Of a DNA stretch of 64,000 nt, positions 1 to 13,237 are shown piece by piece. Below the pieces are notes generated by a model. That model was given only the letters and a program-made list of their open reading frames with translations, searched no databases and was not told the origin of the DNA. Made by a program: the position numbers and the translations under genes. How positions within the stretch are numbered: the stretch's first letter is position 1; the number at the start of each line of letters is the position of its first letter. The stretch covers positions 23,312,001 to 23,376,000 of the forward strand of contig NC_043010.1 of NCBI RefSeq assembly GCF_006345805.1. The letters run 5' to 3'. Source of the stretch: Octopus sinensis. Lineage: Eukaryota.

Positions 1-638
1 GAGTTGTCTATGTGGTCCATTCATTCACTAGAAATAGCAGTTAAAATTCCTTCAAATCTCATTCTAGTGTCTTGGAAAGACAAAAAAATGGAAAGGTGTG
101 CAGTAAATATTGTTGTCCTAGATACACACTTTCTGAGGGGAAAATGAAGAAAATAAAGACGAGGATGGCTGGAACGTCGTTGATTCTTGGTCAGTTTGTT
201 TAAAAGTCAGTTTATTTATTAGGTGCAAAATCTACAATTAGAAAAAAAAGGAGACATTTTTTAACAAAGTCAAGCTAGATAAGAAAAAAGTTGGGATGGT
301 CATAATTGGGACACCTTTGATTAAAAGTATACTCAATTAGGAGTAACAACAACGAAACACCATCACACTGTATCGGACCATTCTACACACAACAGACCGT
401 ACAAGACCATGAGCAACAAGCTGTACTACAGGCGCAGGCGCGGCTGCCTGCTAGGAAGCATACTTCCTAATCGCATGGTTCTGGATTCAGTTCCACTGCG
501 TGGCACCTTGGGCAAGTGTCCTCTACTATAACTCCGGGGAGATCAAAGCCTTGTAAATGGATTTGGTAGACAGAAAAGGATAAACAGAAAGGGAACGTAG
601 TCCGTCTTTTATATGTATGTGTGTGTGTGCTCTTTGAT

Positions 639-866
639 CTTTTACTTGCTTCAGTCATGTGACTGTGGCCATGCTGGAGCACCGCCTTTAGTCGAGCACA
701 TCGACACCAGGACTTATTCTTTGTAAGCCTAGTTCTTATTCTATCGGTCTCTTTTGCCGAACCGCTAAGTTACGAGGACGTAAACACACCTGCGTCGGTT
801 GTCAAGCGATGTTGGGGGGACAAACACAGACACACACACACGCGCACGCACACACACAGACACACG

Positions 867-903
<37 letters not shown>

Positions 904-1074
904 CATATTACGACGCGCTTCTTTCAGTTTCCGTCTACCAAATCCACTCACAAGGCTTTGGTCGGCCTGAGGCTATAGTAGAATACACTTGCCCAAGATG
1001 CTACGCAGTGGGACTGAATCCGAAACCATGTGGTTCATAAGCAAGCTACTTACCACACAGCCACTCCTACGCCT
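639..1074 (-). mobile_element. tRNA-derived CORE-type SINE with internal (TA/TG)n and LINE-derived tail
   Basis: On minus: tRNA-like head, CORE-like 'cttgggcaagtgtattctactatagcctc', microsatellite, and tail 'ggcggtgctccagcatggccacagtcacatgactgaagcaagtaaaag'. Many similar copies in the window. Confidence 0.85.
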
Positions 1075-1605
1075 ATATATATATATATATATATTGTGTG
1101 TGTGTGTGTGTGTGTGTGCGTGCGTATGTCTTTATGTCTGTTTGTTCCCTATCACTGCTTGACGACCAGTGTTCGTGTATTGACGACCCCGTAAGCTAGC
1201 GGTTCGGCAAAAGAGTGCGGTAGAATAAATACCAGGCTGTACAAAAATGAGTACTATGGTAAATTCCTTCGACAAAAAATTCTTCTAGGCTGTGCCCCAG
1301 CATAGCTGCAGTCTAATGACTGAAACAAGCAAAATATTAAAGATACCATATTCAATCACGCACAACAGATCACAGCAACCATTCATAACACGCCATACCA
1401 TCGCGTCCCTTACGGATAAACAAATTGTTTCTTCCCCGTCGAGAGAAAATAAAAATCGATCGATTCATTCAGTTCAATACTTGATATTGTTGAAATTCCC
1501 AATGAAATGGCTGTAATGAAGCTTTCGTAGGAAATCGAAACGTTACAGTTTGTGTCAGTTGCGTTGATTAAGGCGAATCAGTTGCCAATTTTGTATTGAA
1601 CTTAA

Positions 1606-1703
1606 CATCGCCATCCATGGCATCGCCATCCATGGCATCGCCATCCATGGCATCGCCATCCATGGCATCGCCATCCATGGCATCGCCATCCATGGCATCG
1701 CCA
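1606..1703. repeat. 15-bp minisatellite (CATCGCCATCCATGG) x6.5
   Basis: Perfect units counted directly. Confidence 0.95.
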
Positions 1704-2757
1704 GTGTCCGCCAGCAGGAACTTCAACGGACAAGCTTTGAAATCCATCTTTAATTGCTGTCATTATTTTTCCTGTTGTAACGAAGCTATAAACTTCTGCA
1801 ACCAATCTTCTAATTAGGCTTCAACGAGAGTTCATTTCATAGCGACAACTTCTCACCTGACCTGAAAAGCACGTCCCTGGTATCTACAGAAGTCTGTATG
1901 TATGTCTCTCTCACTCTCTTCTTTCTCCTCTCCTCTCTCTCTTTCTCTCTCTGGGTTGGTGTGTATGTAAGTATGTGTTTGTATGAGTGTTTGTATGGTA
2001 TACACGTTTGTGCTTGTCTACTACATGCGTATATAGTGATGTGTGAGTGAGTGCTTATATATAATGTATATGTATGTATATATGTATGTATGTATGTATG
2101 TATGCATGTATGTATGCATGTATGCATGTATGTATGTATGCATGTATGCATGTATGTATGAATGTATGTGTGCATTACTACTCGCTTGTGATGTATTTAT
2201 ATAAGTTTGCGTGTATATATATGTGTTTATATAAGTTTGCGTCTTGTCTAAGATGTGTGTGCGTGTCTGTACTACATGTATGCAATGTGATGTGTGTTTA
2301 CGCGTTTGTGTATAATTATATGTGTGTATTCGTATGTGTGTGTAGAACCTGCTTGTGTTGTGTGTATACGTGTTTGTGTATAATTATATGTGTATATGTG
2401 TGTGTGTGCGTAGAACCTGCTTGTGGTGTGTGTATACGCGTTTGTGTATAATAATATGTGTGTATGTGTCTGTGTAGAACCTGCTTGTGTTGTGTGTATG
2501 CGTATCTCTAAGTTTGTGATGACGTGTGTGTATATGGTTTTCTATAAGAGTGTGTGTGCGTGCACATTGAGGTATGTGCGTGCGAGTGTATACTTGTATA
2601 TGTGTATGTATGTGTGCACCTGTTTTTAAGCATGGTTATATATGTGTATGTATATATATATAGAAATGCATGTATATATAAATATATATATGTATGTACA
2701 TGTATCTGTACGTATGTGTATATATGTATATATATATATGTATATATGTGTGTGTGC

Positions 2758-2788
<31 letters not shown>

Positions 2789-3281
2789 GTGTGCGTGCGT
2801 ATGTCTTTATGTCTGTTTGTTCCCTATCACTGCTTGACGACCAGTGTTCGTGTATTGACGACCCCGTAAGCTAGCGGTTCGGCAAAAGAGTGCGGTAGAA
2901 TAAATACCAGGCTGTACAAAAATGAGTACTATGGTAAATTCCTTCGACAAAAAATTCTTCTAGGCTGTGCCCCAGCATAGCTGCAGTCTAATGACTGAAA
3001 CAAGCAAAATATTAAAGATACCATATTCAATCACGCACAACAGATCACAGCAAACCATTCATAACACGCCATACCATCGCGTCCCTTACGGATAAACAAA
3101 TTGTTTCTTCCCCGTCGAGAGAAAATAAAAATCGATCGATTCATTCAGTTCAATACTTGATATTGTTGAAATTCCCAATGAAATGGCTGTAATGAAGCTT
3201 TCGTAGGAAATCGAAACGTTACAGTTTGTGTCAGTTGCGTTGATTAAGGCGAATCAGTTGCCAATTTTGTATTGAACTTAA

Positions 3282-3394
3282 CATCGCCATCCATGGCATC
3301 GCCATCCATGGCATCGCCATCCATGGCATCGCCATCCATGGCATCGCCATCCATGGCATCGCCATCCATGGCATCGCCATCCATGGCATCGCCA
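3282..3394. repeat. 15-bp minisatellite (CATCGCCATCCATGG) x7.5
   Basis: Perfect units; one more than in the first copy. Confidence 0.95.
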
Positions 3395-4443
3395 GTGTCC
3401 GCCAGCAGGAACTTCAACGGACAAGCTTTGAAATCCATCTTTAATTGCTGTCATTATTTTTCCTGTTGTAACGAAGCTATAAACTTCTGCAACCAATCTT
3501 CTAATTAGGCTTCAACGAGAGTTCATTTCATAGCGACAACTTCTCACCTGACCTGAAAAGCACGTCCCTGGTATCTACAGAAGTCTGTATGTATGTCTCT
3601 CTCACTCTCTTCTTTCTCCCTCTCTCTCTTTCTCTCTCTGGGTTGGTGTGTATGTAAGTATGTGTTTGTATGAGTGTTTGTATGGTATACACGTTTGTGC
3701 TTGTCTACTACATGCGTATATAGTGATGTGTGAGTGAGTGCTTATATATAATGTATATGTATGTATATATGTATGTATGTATGTATGTATGCATGTATGT
3801 ATGCATGTATGCATGTATGTATGTATGCATGTATGCATGTATGTATGAATGTATGTGTGCATTACTACTCGCTTGTGATGTATTTATATAAGTTTGCGTG
3901 TATATATATGTGTTTATATAAGTTTGCGTCTTGTCTAAGATGTGTGTGCGTGTCTGTACTACATGTATGCAATGTGATGTGTGTTTACGCGTTTGTGTAT
4001 AATTATATGTGTGTATTCGTATGTGTGTGTAGAACCTGCTTGTGTTGTGTGTATACGTGTTTGTGTATAATTATATGTGTATATGTGTGTGTGTGCGTAG
4101 AACCTGCTTGTGGTGTGTGTATACGCGTTTGTGTATAATAATATGTGTGTATGTGTCTGTGTAGAACCTGCTTGTGTTGGTGTATGCGTATCTCTAAGTT
4201 TGTGATGACGTGTGTGTATATGGTTTTCTATAAGAGTGTGTGTGCGTGCACATTGAGGTATGTGCGTGCGAGTGTATACTTGTATATGTGTATGTATGTG
4301 TGCACCTGTTTTTAAGCATGGTTATATATGTGTATGTATATATATATAGAAATGCATGTATATATAAATATATATATGTATGTACATGTATCTGTACGTA
4401 TGTGTATATATGTATATATATATATGTATATATGTGTGTGTGC

Positions 4444-4483
<40 letters not shown>

Positions 4484-4854
4484 ATATATAAATGTAAGTA
4501 TATATATGTTTGTATATGTATGTATATATGTGTGTGTATGTGTAGGTTATGAAGAAACATCTTTAGGTGTGTGTATGTGTGTGTGTGTGTGGTGAGTTTT
4601 GAGGAGCATGTGTGCGTGTGTATATCCATGTGTATACGCATGTGTGCATGTGTTTGTATGATGGTGTGAGTGCGGTGTCGATGAGATCGTTTATTGAAAT
4701 GCTGTTCCAGATTACATTTAGAACCTCCCCCCCCAAAAAAAAGAAAAGCAGAAAAAATATAAAAAGAGGGAAAAGGAAACAAATTATTCATTTTAGATGT
4801 TTGTAATTAAGGCAACATTAAGATAACGTCAATATGAAGGATAGCAAAATAAAT

Positions 4855-5105
4855 AAAAGAAAGAAAGAAAGAAAACCGAAAGAAAGAAAGAGAGAAAACC
4901 GAAAGAAAGAATTAAAGAAAGAAAAATGAAACAAAGAAAATCCGAAAGAAAGAAAGAAAGAAAGAATGAATGAATGAATGAATGAAAGAAAGAAAGAAAA
5001 AAGAAAAATCGAAAGAAAGAAAGAAAGAAAGAATGAAAGAATGAAAGAAAGAAAGAAAGAATGAATGAAAGAAAGAAAGAAAAATCGAAAGAAAGAAAAA
5101 AGAAA
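4855..5105. repeat. (GAAA)n/(GAAT)n degenerate microsatellite
   Basis: Direct reading. Confidence 0.9.
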
Positions 5106-5655
5106 ATCATGGAAATGAGGAGGAAATACTTAAGATGCCAGCGCCACCTTCAGTCCAGGTAACGGTGTTACACATGTAAGAGAAACTTATTTCACTGAGA
5201 AACTAATCGCGTAATTTGAAAAAGAAGTCAGGTGATTCATTATTCTTTTACACTCTTTAACTGTTTCCACTTATTGAACTCTATCCATGCTGGAGCAATT
5301 TCTGCAGGAGCTTTTCGTCGGTCGAATTAAACATAGTAATTATTTCATCTGATGTATGTGATATCGGCTTCGTTTTTTATCGAATATCTAGGATTTTTTA
5401 ACATGCCAAACTAGAGGAAATGGCAGGGGGGGGGGCTTGATAGATAACATAGATATTAGGATCTTTTCGTCCCAGAGCAGACACGATACTCAGACAGATT
5501 ACGGATGCCACACACCAGAAAGTAGACCGATCCTCAACAGAAAACGTGAATGGAGTAACAACAGACCCAATACCGCCACCACTACAATCCATTTTGCAAC
5601 CTGACAACTGAGGATAGAATGCGGAAAAAATGTCAGGGGTTCAAGTTGTAATATA

Positions 5656-6806
5656 TTGGGTTGGCAACTAAGTTCCCGGCGTATTTTTAAATTAAAATTG
5701 TTTGAAAGTTTTAATAAAAAAAGAATAACAACTAATTAATCAATAATGTATTCACCCTTGTTGTTTACAACTTCTTCCCAACGTTGGTAGAAATTACCCG
5801 ATTTCGACTCGAAAAATTGATCCAACCAAGCTCTCAATTCTACACCAGTATTGAACGAAACTCCGCGCATAGCATTTGAAAGAGATCGAAAGAGGTGGAA
5901 ATCCGTTAATCAGGCGGGTGTGGAAGCACTTCCCAGCCATGCCTTTGAATGGCTTCCTTGGTCATATTGGTGATATGAGGGCGGGAATTGTCGTGCTGCA
6001 GAAGAACTCCATGCTGCCAATTAGGTCTTTTCTCTTAAATAGCCGTGATAAGTCGTTCCATCTGTTGAACATAGAGTTCCGCGTTGACCGTTTGGTTCCG
6101 TTCAAGCAATTCGTAATGGATAATCATTTTCCAGTCTCACCATATGCAGAACATTGTTTTACGCGGATGAAGATCTTGTTTCACGCGCGGTGTCGCTTCA
6201 GGCACCATTTTTCGTCGCCAGTAACGATTCGGTAAGGAAATCGTTGCTTGTGTCCATGAGTTGAGCGGTGACGAGCAAGTAAACCAGCGGAGATTGTGGC
6301 TCGTTGATTTTTATTGTTGTCACTTAAAGCATACTTCTGAACCTTTCCCATCGAGTGAAGATGGTTCTCTATAGCAGTGGGAGAGCATTCCGTTTTCTCT
6401 GTGAGTTCCATTGTGGTTTGACGAAAATTTTCATGCAAAAGTTGGTTTAATCGCTCTTCATCAAATTCAACTGGATGGCCAGAACGAGGTAAAAATTTCC
6501 ATTTTTTAACTTGGCATACCAATCACGTGCGTAATACCAATCACGAGCTATAGCACCCTCTCCATACACAGCACAAATATCGCGAGCAGCTTTTGCGGCC
6601 TTAGAACCTTGATTAAAAGCAAAAAGGTGTCGAAAATGCTCGTTTTTCTTAACTTGACATTCCATTTTAATGATCTGAAAATAAACAAATATTATCTAAA
6701 ATTAACTAGAAAAAAAATAGATTCCAAAATGATTCAAAAATAGAATTCTCGGAAAAATATAGATTCCAAAATTTTTTAAATGGCGGAAACTTACTTGCCA
6801 ACCCAA
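5656..6806 (-). mobile_element. Decayed mariner (Tc1/mariner) DNA transposon
   Basis: TIRs TTGGGTTGGCAA(C/G)TAAGTT at 5656 and 6806, each flanked by TA. Frameshifted transposase on minus from 6665 (MECQVKKNEHFRHL...KAAKAARDICAVYG) with the mariner motif RIVTGDEKW; internal deletions. Confidence 0.93.
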
Positions 6807-7014
6807 TAAAGCCCTTATACAATTGCACATGCCAAACACATAGACATACACACTGATACGGACGTAGGCGTATGCGGAGATAGGGATACAATCCACAGAA
6901 AGACAAAATAGGATAGGACTAGGCCGGAGGGAAGAGGTGATACGAAGAACAGAAAGTCATTGAAAAGGTCACATGAAGTGTGAGGAAAGAACTCTGACAA
7001 ATAAACTAGTTTTA

Positions 7015-7183
7015 AGTTTTGGCACAAGGCCAGCAATTTCGGAGGAGTGGGTAAGTCGATTACATCGACCCTAGTATTAAGCTGGTACGAAAGACAAAGT
7101 CAAACTCAGAATGCAAAGACGGAAGAAATGCCGCTAAGCATTTTGCCCAGCAGCCAGCTCGCTGCCCTAGAACAAATAAACTA

Positions 7184-7218
<35 letters not shown>

Positions 7219-7430
7219 CCTTTCTGCTAAAGACACAAGGCCTGAAATTTTGTGGGAAGTGGACTAGTCGATTACCTCGACTCCAGTGTTTCACTGGCGC
7301 TTAAGTTTTCGACCCCCGAAAAAATGAAAGGCAAAGTCGACCTCGGCGGAACCCGAGCTCAGAATGCAAAGACGGACGAAATACCGCTAAACACTTTGTC
7401 CGCCATGCTAACGATTCTACTAGCTCGCTG
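7015..7430 (-). mobile_element. Two tRNA-derived SINE copies (Meta/MESC-like central domain) separated by (AAT)n
   Basis: Reverse complement of 'gactttgcctttcat...tcggggtcga' and the 'ccttgtgcc' tail. Confidence 0.75.
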
Positions 7431-7461
7431 TCCGACAACAAATAAACCAATAATAATAATG

Positions 7462-7502
<41 letters not shown>

Positions 7503-7774
7503 GCTAAAGTGCGCATGTATATTGGAAAATATAAAGGATCATTCCCATAAAATTCTTGGAGGCGGGTGCTCCCGCTTGGCCGCGGTTTAATGACTGATAA
7601 AAGTAAAACAAAAGATAAAAGATCTAATTTTCCTGTTTATCCTTATTCGTCAAATACCACGCAGTCGCTCAGTGAATCAATGTAGGACAGAAATACGAAG
7701 CTCTATCTCTCCTCCTCCTCCCCCCTCCTTCTCCCCGATTTCGTTTCCTCATGACTTCCGAACAAATACTGTTT

Positions 7775-8125
7775 TACTTGCTTCAGTCATTTGACTGCGG
7801 CCATGCTGGAGCACCACCTTTAGTCGAGCAAATCGACCCCGGGACTTATTCTTTGTAAGCCTAGTACTTATTCTATCGGTTTGTTATTGCCGAACCGCCA
7901 AGTTTCAAGAACGTAAACACACAAGCATTGGTTGTCAAGCGACGCTTGGGAGGGGGAACAAACGCACACATACACACATATACATATATACGATGGGCTT
8001 CTTTCTGTTTCTGTCTATCAAATCCACTCACTTTGGTCGACCCGAGTCTATAGCAGAAGACACTCGCCCAAGATGCCAAGCAGTGGGACTGAACCCAGAA
8101 CCATATGGTTGATAAGCAAGCTACT
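7775..8125 (-). mobile_element. CORE-type SINE
   Basis: Same head, body and tail as 639-1074. Confidence 0.85.
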
Positions 8126-8500
8126 TTATTTCATATAAATTTGCCATAAAAGCATCACAAAGAGTAACTGCTGGCTGGACATATACATTGATAAGTTGAA
8201 TGATGAAATAAGGATGATATTGATGAGAGAAGGCAAAAACGCCCGCCGATTTTCTTCTTCTCTAAAACATTGTTCTTTTTTTTTTAAACAGAATTAACAA
8301 AGCGAGGTATTGAACCTCTCACAACAGTTTTTACAGTTTTTGGACTGTACAAATATTAACATGCAAAAAATATTCAATATACAATCAACACTAGTGCATT
8401 TACAAATGAGGCGCAGGGCCTCTTACACTTTATAACACTGAGGCTTTTCAACCTTTTATCAATTTAAAAAATCAAGGCGGGCTTCGAGTTGGCGTCACAC

Positions 8501-8548
<48 letters not shown>

Positions 8549-8948
8549 ATTTAAAAATAGGATAAAATCTTCATAAGAAATTATCAAGTAGTTAACGTGA
8601 AAAACATCATAAGAGAAAAAATCTGTTAATTTTTTCCACTTGAATATATTTATTTATATTATATAGAAGGCATTATTACACATAAATGCCGCACGCTAGG
8701 AGGGATTCTTAAAGTCAAAACTACCAAAATAAACATATCGTACCGAATGCAAGTCTCGAAGCAAGTCATTTAAAAACAGAATTTAGCTGCAAATCACCAG
8801 TGATTTCGTAATTACCGAAACGCAATTCGAAAAAGGCCGCCATTTACATAGATGTATGAGGGGTGAACCGTTCTATATGCTACGGTGGATACGATGGCTG
8901 TTCGTCTGGTATGTTGATTTTGTTCATTCATTATAAATCTTGAACCAT

Positions 8949-9013
8949 GCTTGCACCGATGAGTAAAGGGCGCAACCACTGCGCTGATTACGAAATCACT
9001 GGTGATCTGCAGC
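8949..9013 (+). ncRNA. Type I hammerhead ribozyme (CCGAUGA variant)
   Basis: gcttgca-CCGATGA-gtaa[agggcgcaaccactgcgctga]ttac-GAAA-tcactggtgaTC-tgcagc; stems I, II and III all pair. Confidence 0.75.
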
Positions 9014-9132
9014 TAAATTCTGTTTTTAAATTACTTGCTTCGAGACTTGCATTCGGTACGATGTTTATTTTGGTAGTTTTGACTAGCGTGCGGCATTTAT
9101 GTGTAATAATGCCCCCTATATAATATATATAT

Positions 9133-9192
<60 letters not shown>

Positions 9193-9332
9193 TATATATA
9201 TATATATAATTCAAAAATATAAGGAATGGCCATAATAGGACATTCGACTCACTAGCAAGAGCAGCCAAACTCAAACCGCTAATAGTTGTAATTCTGAAAT
9301 TGAAAGAGAAATAAAAACGTTTACCCTTTCAA

Positions 9333-9425
9333 CTCTGGACTATGCATAGTTTCGGCAAACTTTAGTAAACAAATTAATTAAATTAAATTAAATTTATTTC
9401 CAACTGGCGTGCCTCGTCAGCAGAG
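9333..9425 (-). ncRNA. Type I hammerhead ribozyme with long stem II insertion
   Basis: ctctg-CTGACGA-ggca[52 nt]tgcc-GAAAC-tatgcata-GTC-cagag; palindromic stem III. Confidence 0.85.
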
Positions 9426-9817
9426 AAGCCAAGGACGAACATATATCCACGAGGCGATGGTAAGGAAGCCTCAAGTCTATATGCTATAAATTTTCAAAAT
9501 CTACCGCAATCGCGCGGTCAACTCAGCAGCAAATATAAACTGCTGATTTAATTTCAAAATTAGCCAAAAAATCATTAATTAATAAATATAAGGCTAGCAA
9601 AATATTCCAGAAAAAATTCTCCGCTACCAGCGGTCCGGTGAGAAGAAAAAGATAGTCAAAAATATAAGGAATGGCCATAATAGGACATTCGACTCATATT
9701 ATATAGTCTTTGACTATCTCTTCTTTCTCACCAGACCGCTGGTAGCGGAGAATTTTTTCTAGAATTTTTTGCTACCCATATATTTATTAATTATATACAT
9801 GTATATGTATACATATG

Positions 9818-9882
<65 letters not shown>

Positions 9883-9991
9883 CATACATACATACATACA
9901 TATAAATATGTGTGTGTGTGTGTGACCGCGTGTGTATCGTTGGCGATTTTCTTTCTCTCTCTTCCCTTCCTTAGACTTTTCCTTTTCCTAT

Positions 9992-10026
9992 TTTTCTGAC
10001 GAAGAGCCCCGCTCGAAACGTTGAAT
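9992..10026 (+). ncRNA. Minimal PLE-type hammerhead motif
   Basis: ttttCTGACGA-a-gagc-ccc-gctc-GAAACGTT-gaa. Confidence 0.65.
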
Positions 10027-10727
10027 CCTTCTTTCTTTCCTTTCCTGAGCGTCCAATAACACTATACTTCTTCCACTTCCTCGCGTTGTTGTGTTTTCTC
10101 TTTGTTATGTTTGGATTAACTATATATACTTACATACATACGTACATATATATATATAATACAGAAATGGGACAAGAACGCAAAATATCCAAACAATTAG
10201 GTGATACAAAAAAGGGGACAACAAAACATCCACACTAACGATACAAAGAAAACAAGGAAGGGTCATTCGGAGTTATCTTCTTCAGTCGAGTTCCAGATTA
10301 TCTTCGCAATTTCGGTTGGTTATACACGCGTGTGTGTGTGTATCTTTTTAATCACATATACTTAATGTATATGCTTCCTGTGTTTATCGGTGGGCGCGGT
10401 GAATTATACTCTCTCTCAAAGCACCGGTTGTTAAAACACCTCGGAGTCATGAATAGGCAAAATAAATCACCTCTAGTCCCTTCTTGCAATGATGTATATC
10501 GATGTTTTACCAGTTTTTTAGGTTGTCAGCATTACGTACACGAAAGGATCGGATGCGAATGATCTCCGCTAGAACACGACGTATATGCTCATGGCTTGCA
10601 GAACCATGTGCGCGTATTCCCGGCAAATGCATACGTATTTGCTGGTGGGCTGCTCCTGGTGCCGTGCGTAATGTCTCAAAGCGCCGGGTGTTAAAACACC
10701 TGAGAGTCATGAACAGCGAGGTGGGGT

Positions 10728-11060
10728 TGACTCCATTCGGTCAAGAATGACCATGGAATTGCATCTAGAAACTTATCATGCGTGGCACAACTCTGGGCAA
10801 GGTTGTTTATGGAAGAGCAGCGGTCGCCCATGTATACCAGCTTCACCTCTCCATGCCACCGATGTTATCCAAGGGAAAGGCAAAGGGGCCGATACAGCTT
10901 GGCACCTGTGACGTCGCAACTCATTTCTACAGCTGAGTGAACTGGAACAACGTAAAATAATGAGTCTTGCTCAAGAACACAACACGCAGCCCGGTCCAGG
11001 AATCAGAACCTCACGATCGTAAGCTTGACGCTCTAACCAGTGACCCATGCGCCTTCACTA
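10728..11060 (-). mobile_element. tRNA-derived SINE (third family)
   Basis: Minus head 'gaaggcgcatgggtcactggttagagcg...gttctgattcctggaccg' with A/B-box-like motifs, then 'gtgttcttgagcaagac'; related head at 51958. Confidence 0.75.
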
Positions 11061-11207
11061 CAGTCGAGGTCCGAAATTGCGAGGATGATCCGGTTCTTGA
11101 CTGAAGATTAAAGGCTTCGAATGACCCAAGCGTGTTTTTGTATCGTCTATCTAGATGTTTTGCATTCTTGTCCCATTTTGTATTTATATATATACACACA
11201 CATATAC

Positions 11208-11266
<59 letters not shown>

Positions 11267-12143
11267 GCATGATCTTGGGAAGAATTAAGCCATAAAGCCA
11301 AGTTTCCGTCTTTCTTCATTCGCAGTGAAGTTTTACTGAATTAAAATCACTTTTGATATACCACAATATGTATGTTCGTCCACACTTAACTATGCGTTAT
11401 TAAAGCAGAAGGTGACAGTGAGATATTTCCTCCGGTCGTTCTTTTAAATGTATTATGGCTTATATTTGTATTCCCTCAGCAGTAATTTCTAGTTATACTT
11501 TAAAGAGAAGTGTAACAATATAAACATATTATTCGCCTTCGGTTAAGTTAATGTATTATGTAACTGAGAACTTTAATATATTTACAAGTATATTGTGAAT
11601 GTTAGATCAATGCATCCAAGAGTTCACAAGTAGGAGTGGTTGATATGATGTACACAGGCGTATTTGACAACGTAATCTTGTCAAGTTCTTATGAAATAAC
11701 TGGTGAAGGAGAAGAAAGGAATCCTTGTTATTCCAACTAAATTCTTACTTCTGTGGTTTCTGTATAAGAAATAAAATGAAATCAAATATAACCACACGAA
11801 ATAAAATAATATGTTGACTACTTAAGTAACGATGAAAGAAACTCGAGTGAATGTCACATTGCAAACAGCGAAACCTTAATAGTTGCTGAGATTAATATAC
11901 GAGAACTGTTCCATGCCAACTTTTCAAGTGAAATCTCTTGCATATCTTCTTTCACACATGCCATGGGCGGCCAACCCAACGCATGTGAACGACAAGGTTT
12001 TCTACAGTTCATTCTGCACTGATATGCCGTCGAGTGAATTCTCTACAGGGGTTGCTAGCATTGCAGCAAACAGCAACCAATCTCTAAAAAGAAATATAAC
12101 ATTTTGAAAAATACAAAAAGATGTTATATAATCAAGACCAGGA

Positions 12144-12308
12144 GGCCCCAATGACGTGCCACAGCTAATACATTGAATAAAATCATAATTAACGGCCCCA
12201 ATGACGTGTCACAGCTAATACATTGAATAAAATCATAATTAACGGATCGTCCTGTATTTTCTTTTACCCGAAGCCAAGAAAACCAGGAACTTTTCAGTAA
12301 TCCCTGTA
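12144..12308. mobile_element. Right end of a mariner-derived MITE with a 50-bp tandem duplication
   Basis: 'ccaggaacttttcagtaatccctgta' resembles the TIR of the 62201-62411 MITE; 12144-12193 is repeated immediately. Confidence 0.6.
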
Positions 12309-13237
12309 TGTGTTTTGTATGTATTGCTTTTATGTTCGTGATACGCCGCTCCTTTGAAGAATTGTCTTGCAAGCAACCGTTCCGTGGTGCAAAAATGGTT
12401 TGAAACCTCTAGTTTTGACCTGCAATCGGCTGTCCAATGGCTGGTTGGCTTATGATTACACTTCTTTCCGATCAGGATTAACCTGCAGCTAAAAGGTAAG
12501 AATGTCCAACACGCTGCTTTTCCTTACACACAATTTATATCTACGAACGGTAAGAAACTGCTTGTGTGGTAACCTGACCGCCAGAAACAGTAGTTAAATT
12601 GCTAAAATTACAACATACGACCTTAAAACAAAAATGCCTTCTTTGACAGTATATACAAGGTGCAACCTATTGAGAAAATACAGGATGGTACATGTAGGAA
12701 TGAGTCTTAAATCTGTTTCTGTCATTAGGCTTCGGAGAGGCTGGGGCACCACACTGAACAATCTTATTCGAACAAATCGACCCCAACACATGTTTTCAAA
12801 AGCCTGATTCTTCTTTTGCGAAGATTCTTCCTTTGACACCAGTTGTCAAGCGGTGGTCGCTGATAAACAGACACAAAACTCACACATAGTTACTGTTAAA
12901 ATTATTCTATAGCAGCTGTATTAATTGTGATTTCTAAAATCAGAAAGGACGTGGGTCTTACTTTTCTTGATGTCGTTTCCATCTTGTCCCATTTTTTTGG
13001 CATCAACTTTCTTCGCGGTTGTTTAGTTTAGGTTTTCTTTTTCACGTTTTTTCTTCTTTTCTGTCTAGCGTCCTTATGTTTTTTAAAATATATCAAATAT
13101 ATAAACAGAGCCTGAAAGAAAGATTACTGGGAGATACATGGAATATTTTATAAATATGCCTGTTTAAAATAGCATCAAAGCATAATACTTTTAGCAGCAC
13201 TTTCGGTTGTCTGTTAAACTGATATTTATCTGTTACA

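Larger units (their letters stand above)
1116..4476. repeat. Tandem duplication of a ~1.68-kb unit (1116-2790 / 2791-~4476)
   Basis: Near-identical sequence restarts at 2791 ('gtgcgtgcgtatgtctttatgtctgtttgttccctatcac'); duplicated ORFs appear in the track. Confidence 0.93.

Noticed and set aside
1606-3394. 15-bp repeat as a CRISPR array or repeat protein gene
   Set aside because: No spacers, eukaryotic context, and only short ORFs with no supported gene structure.
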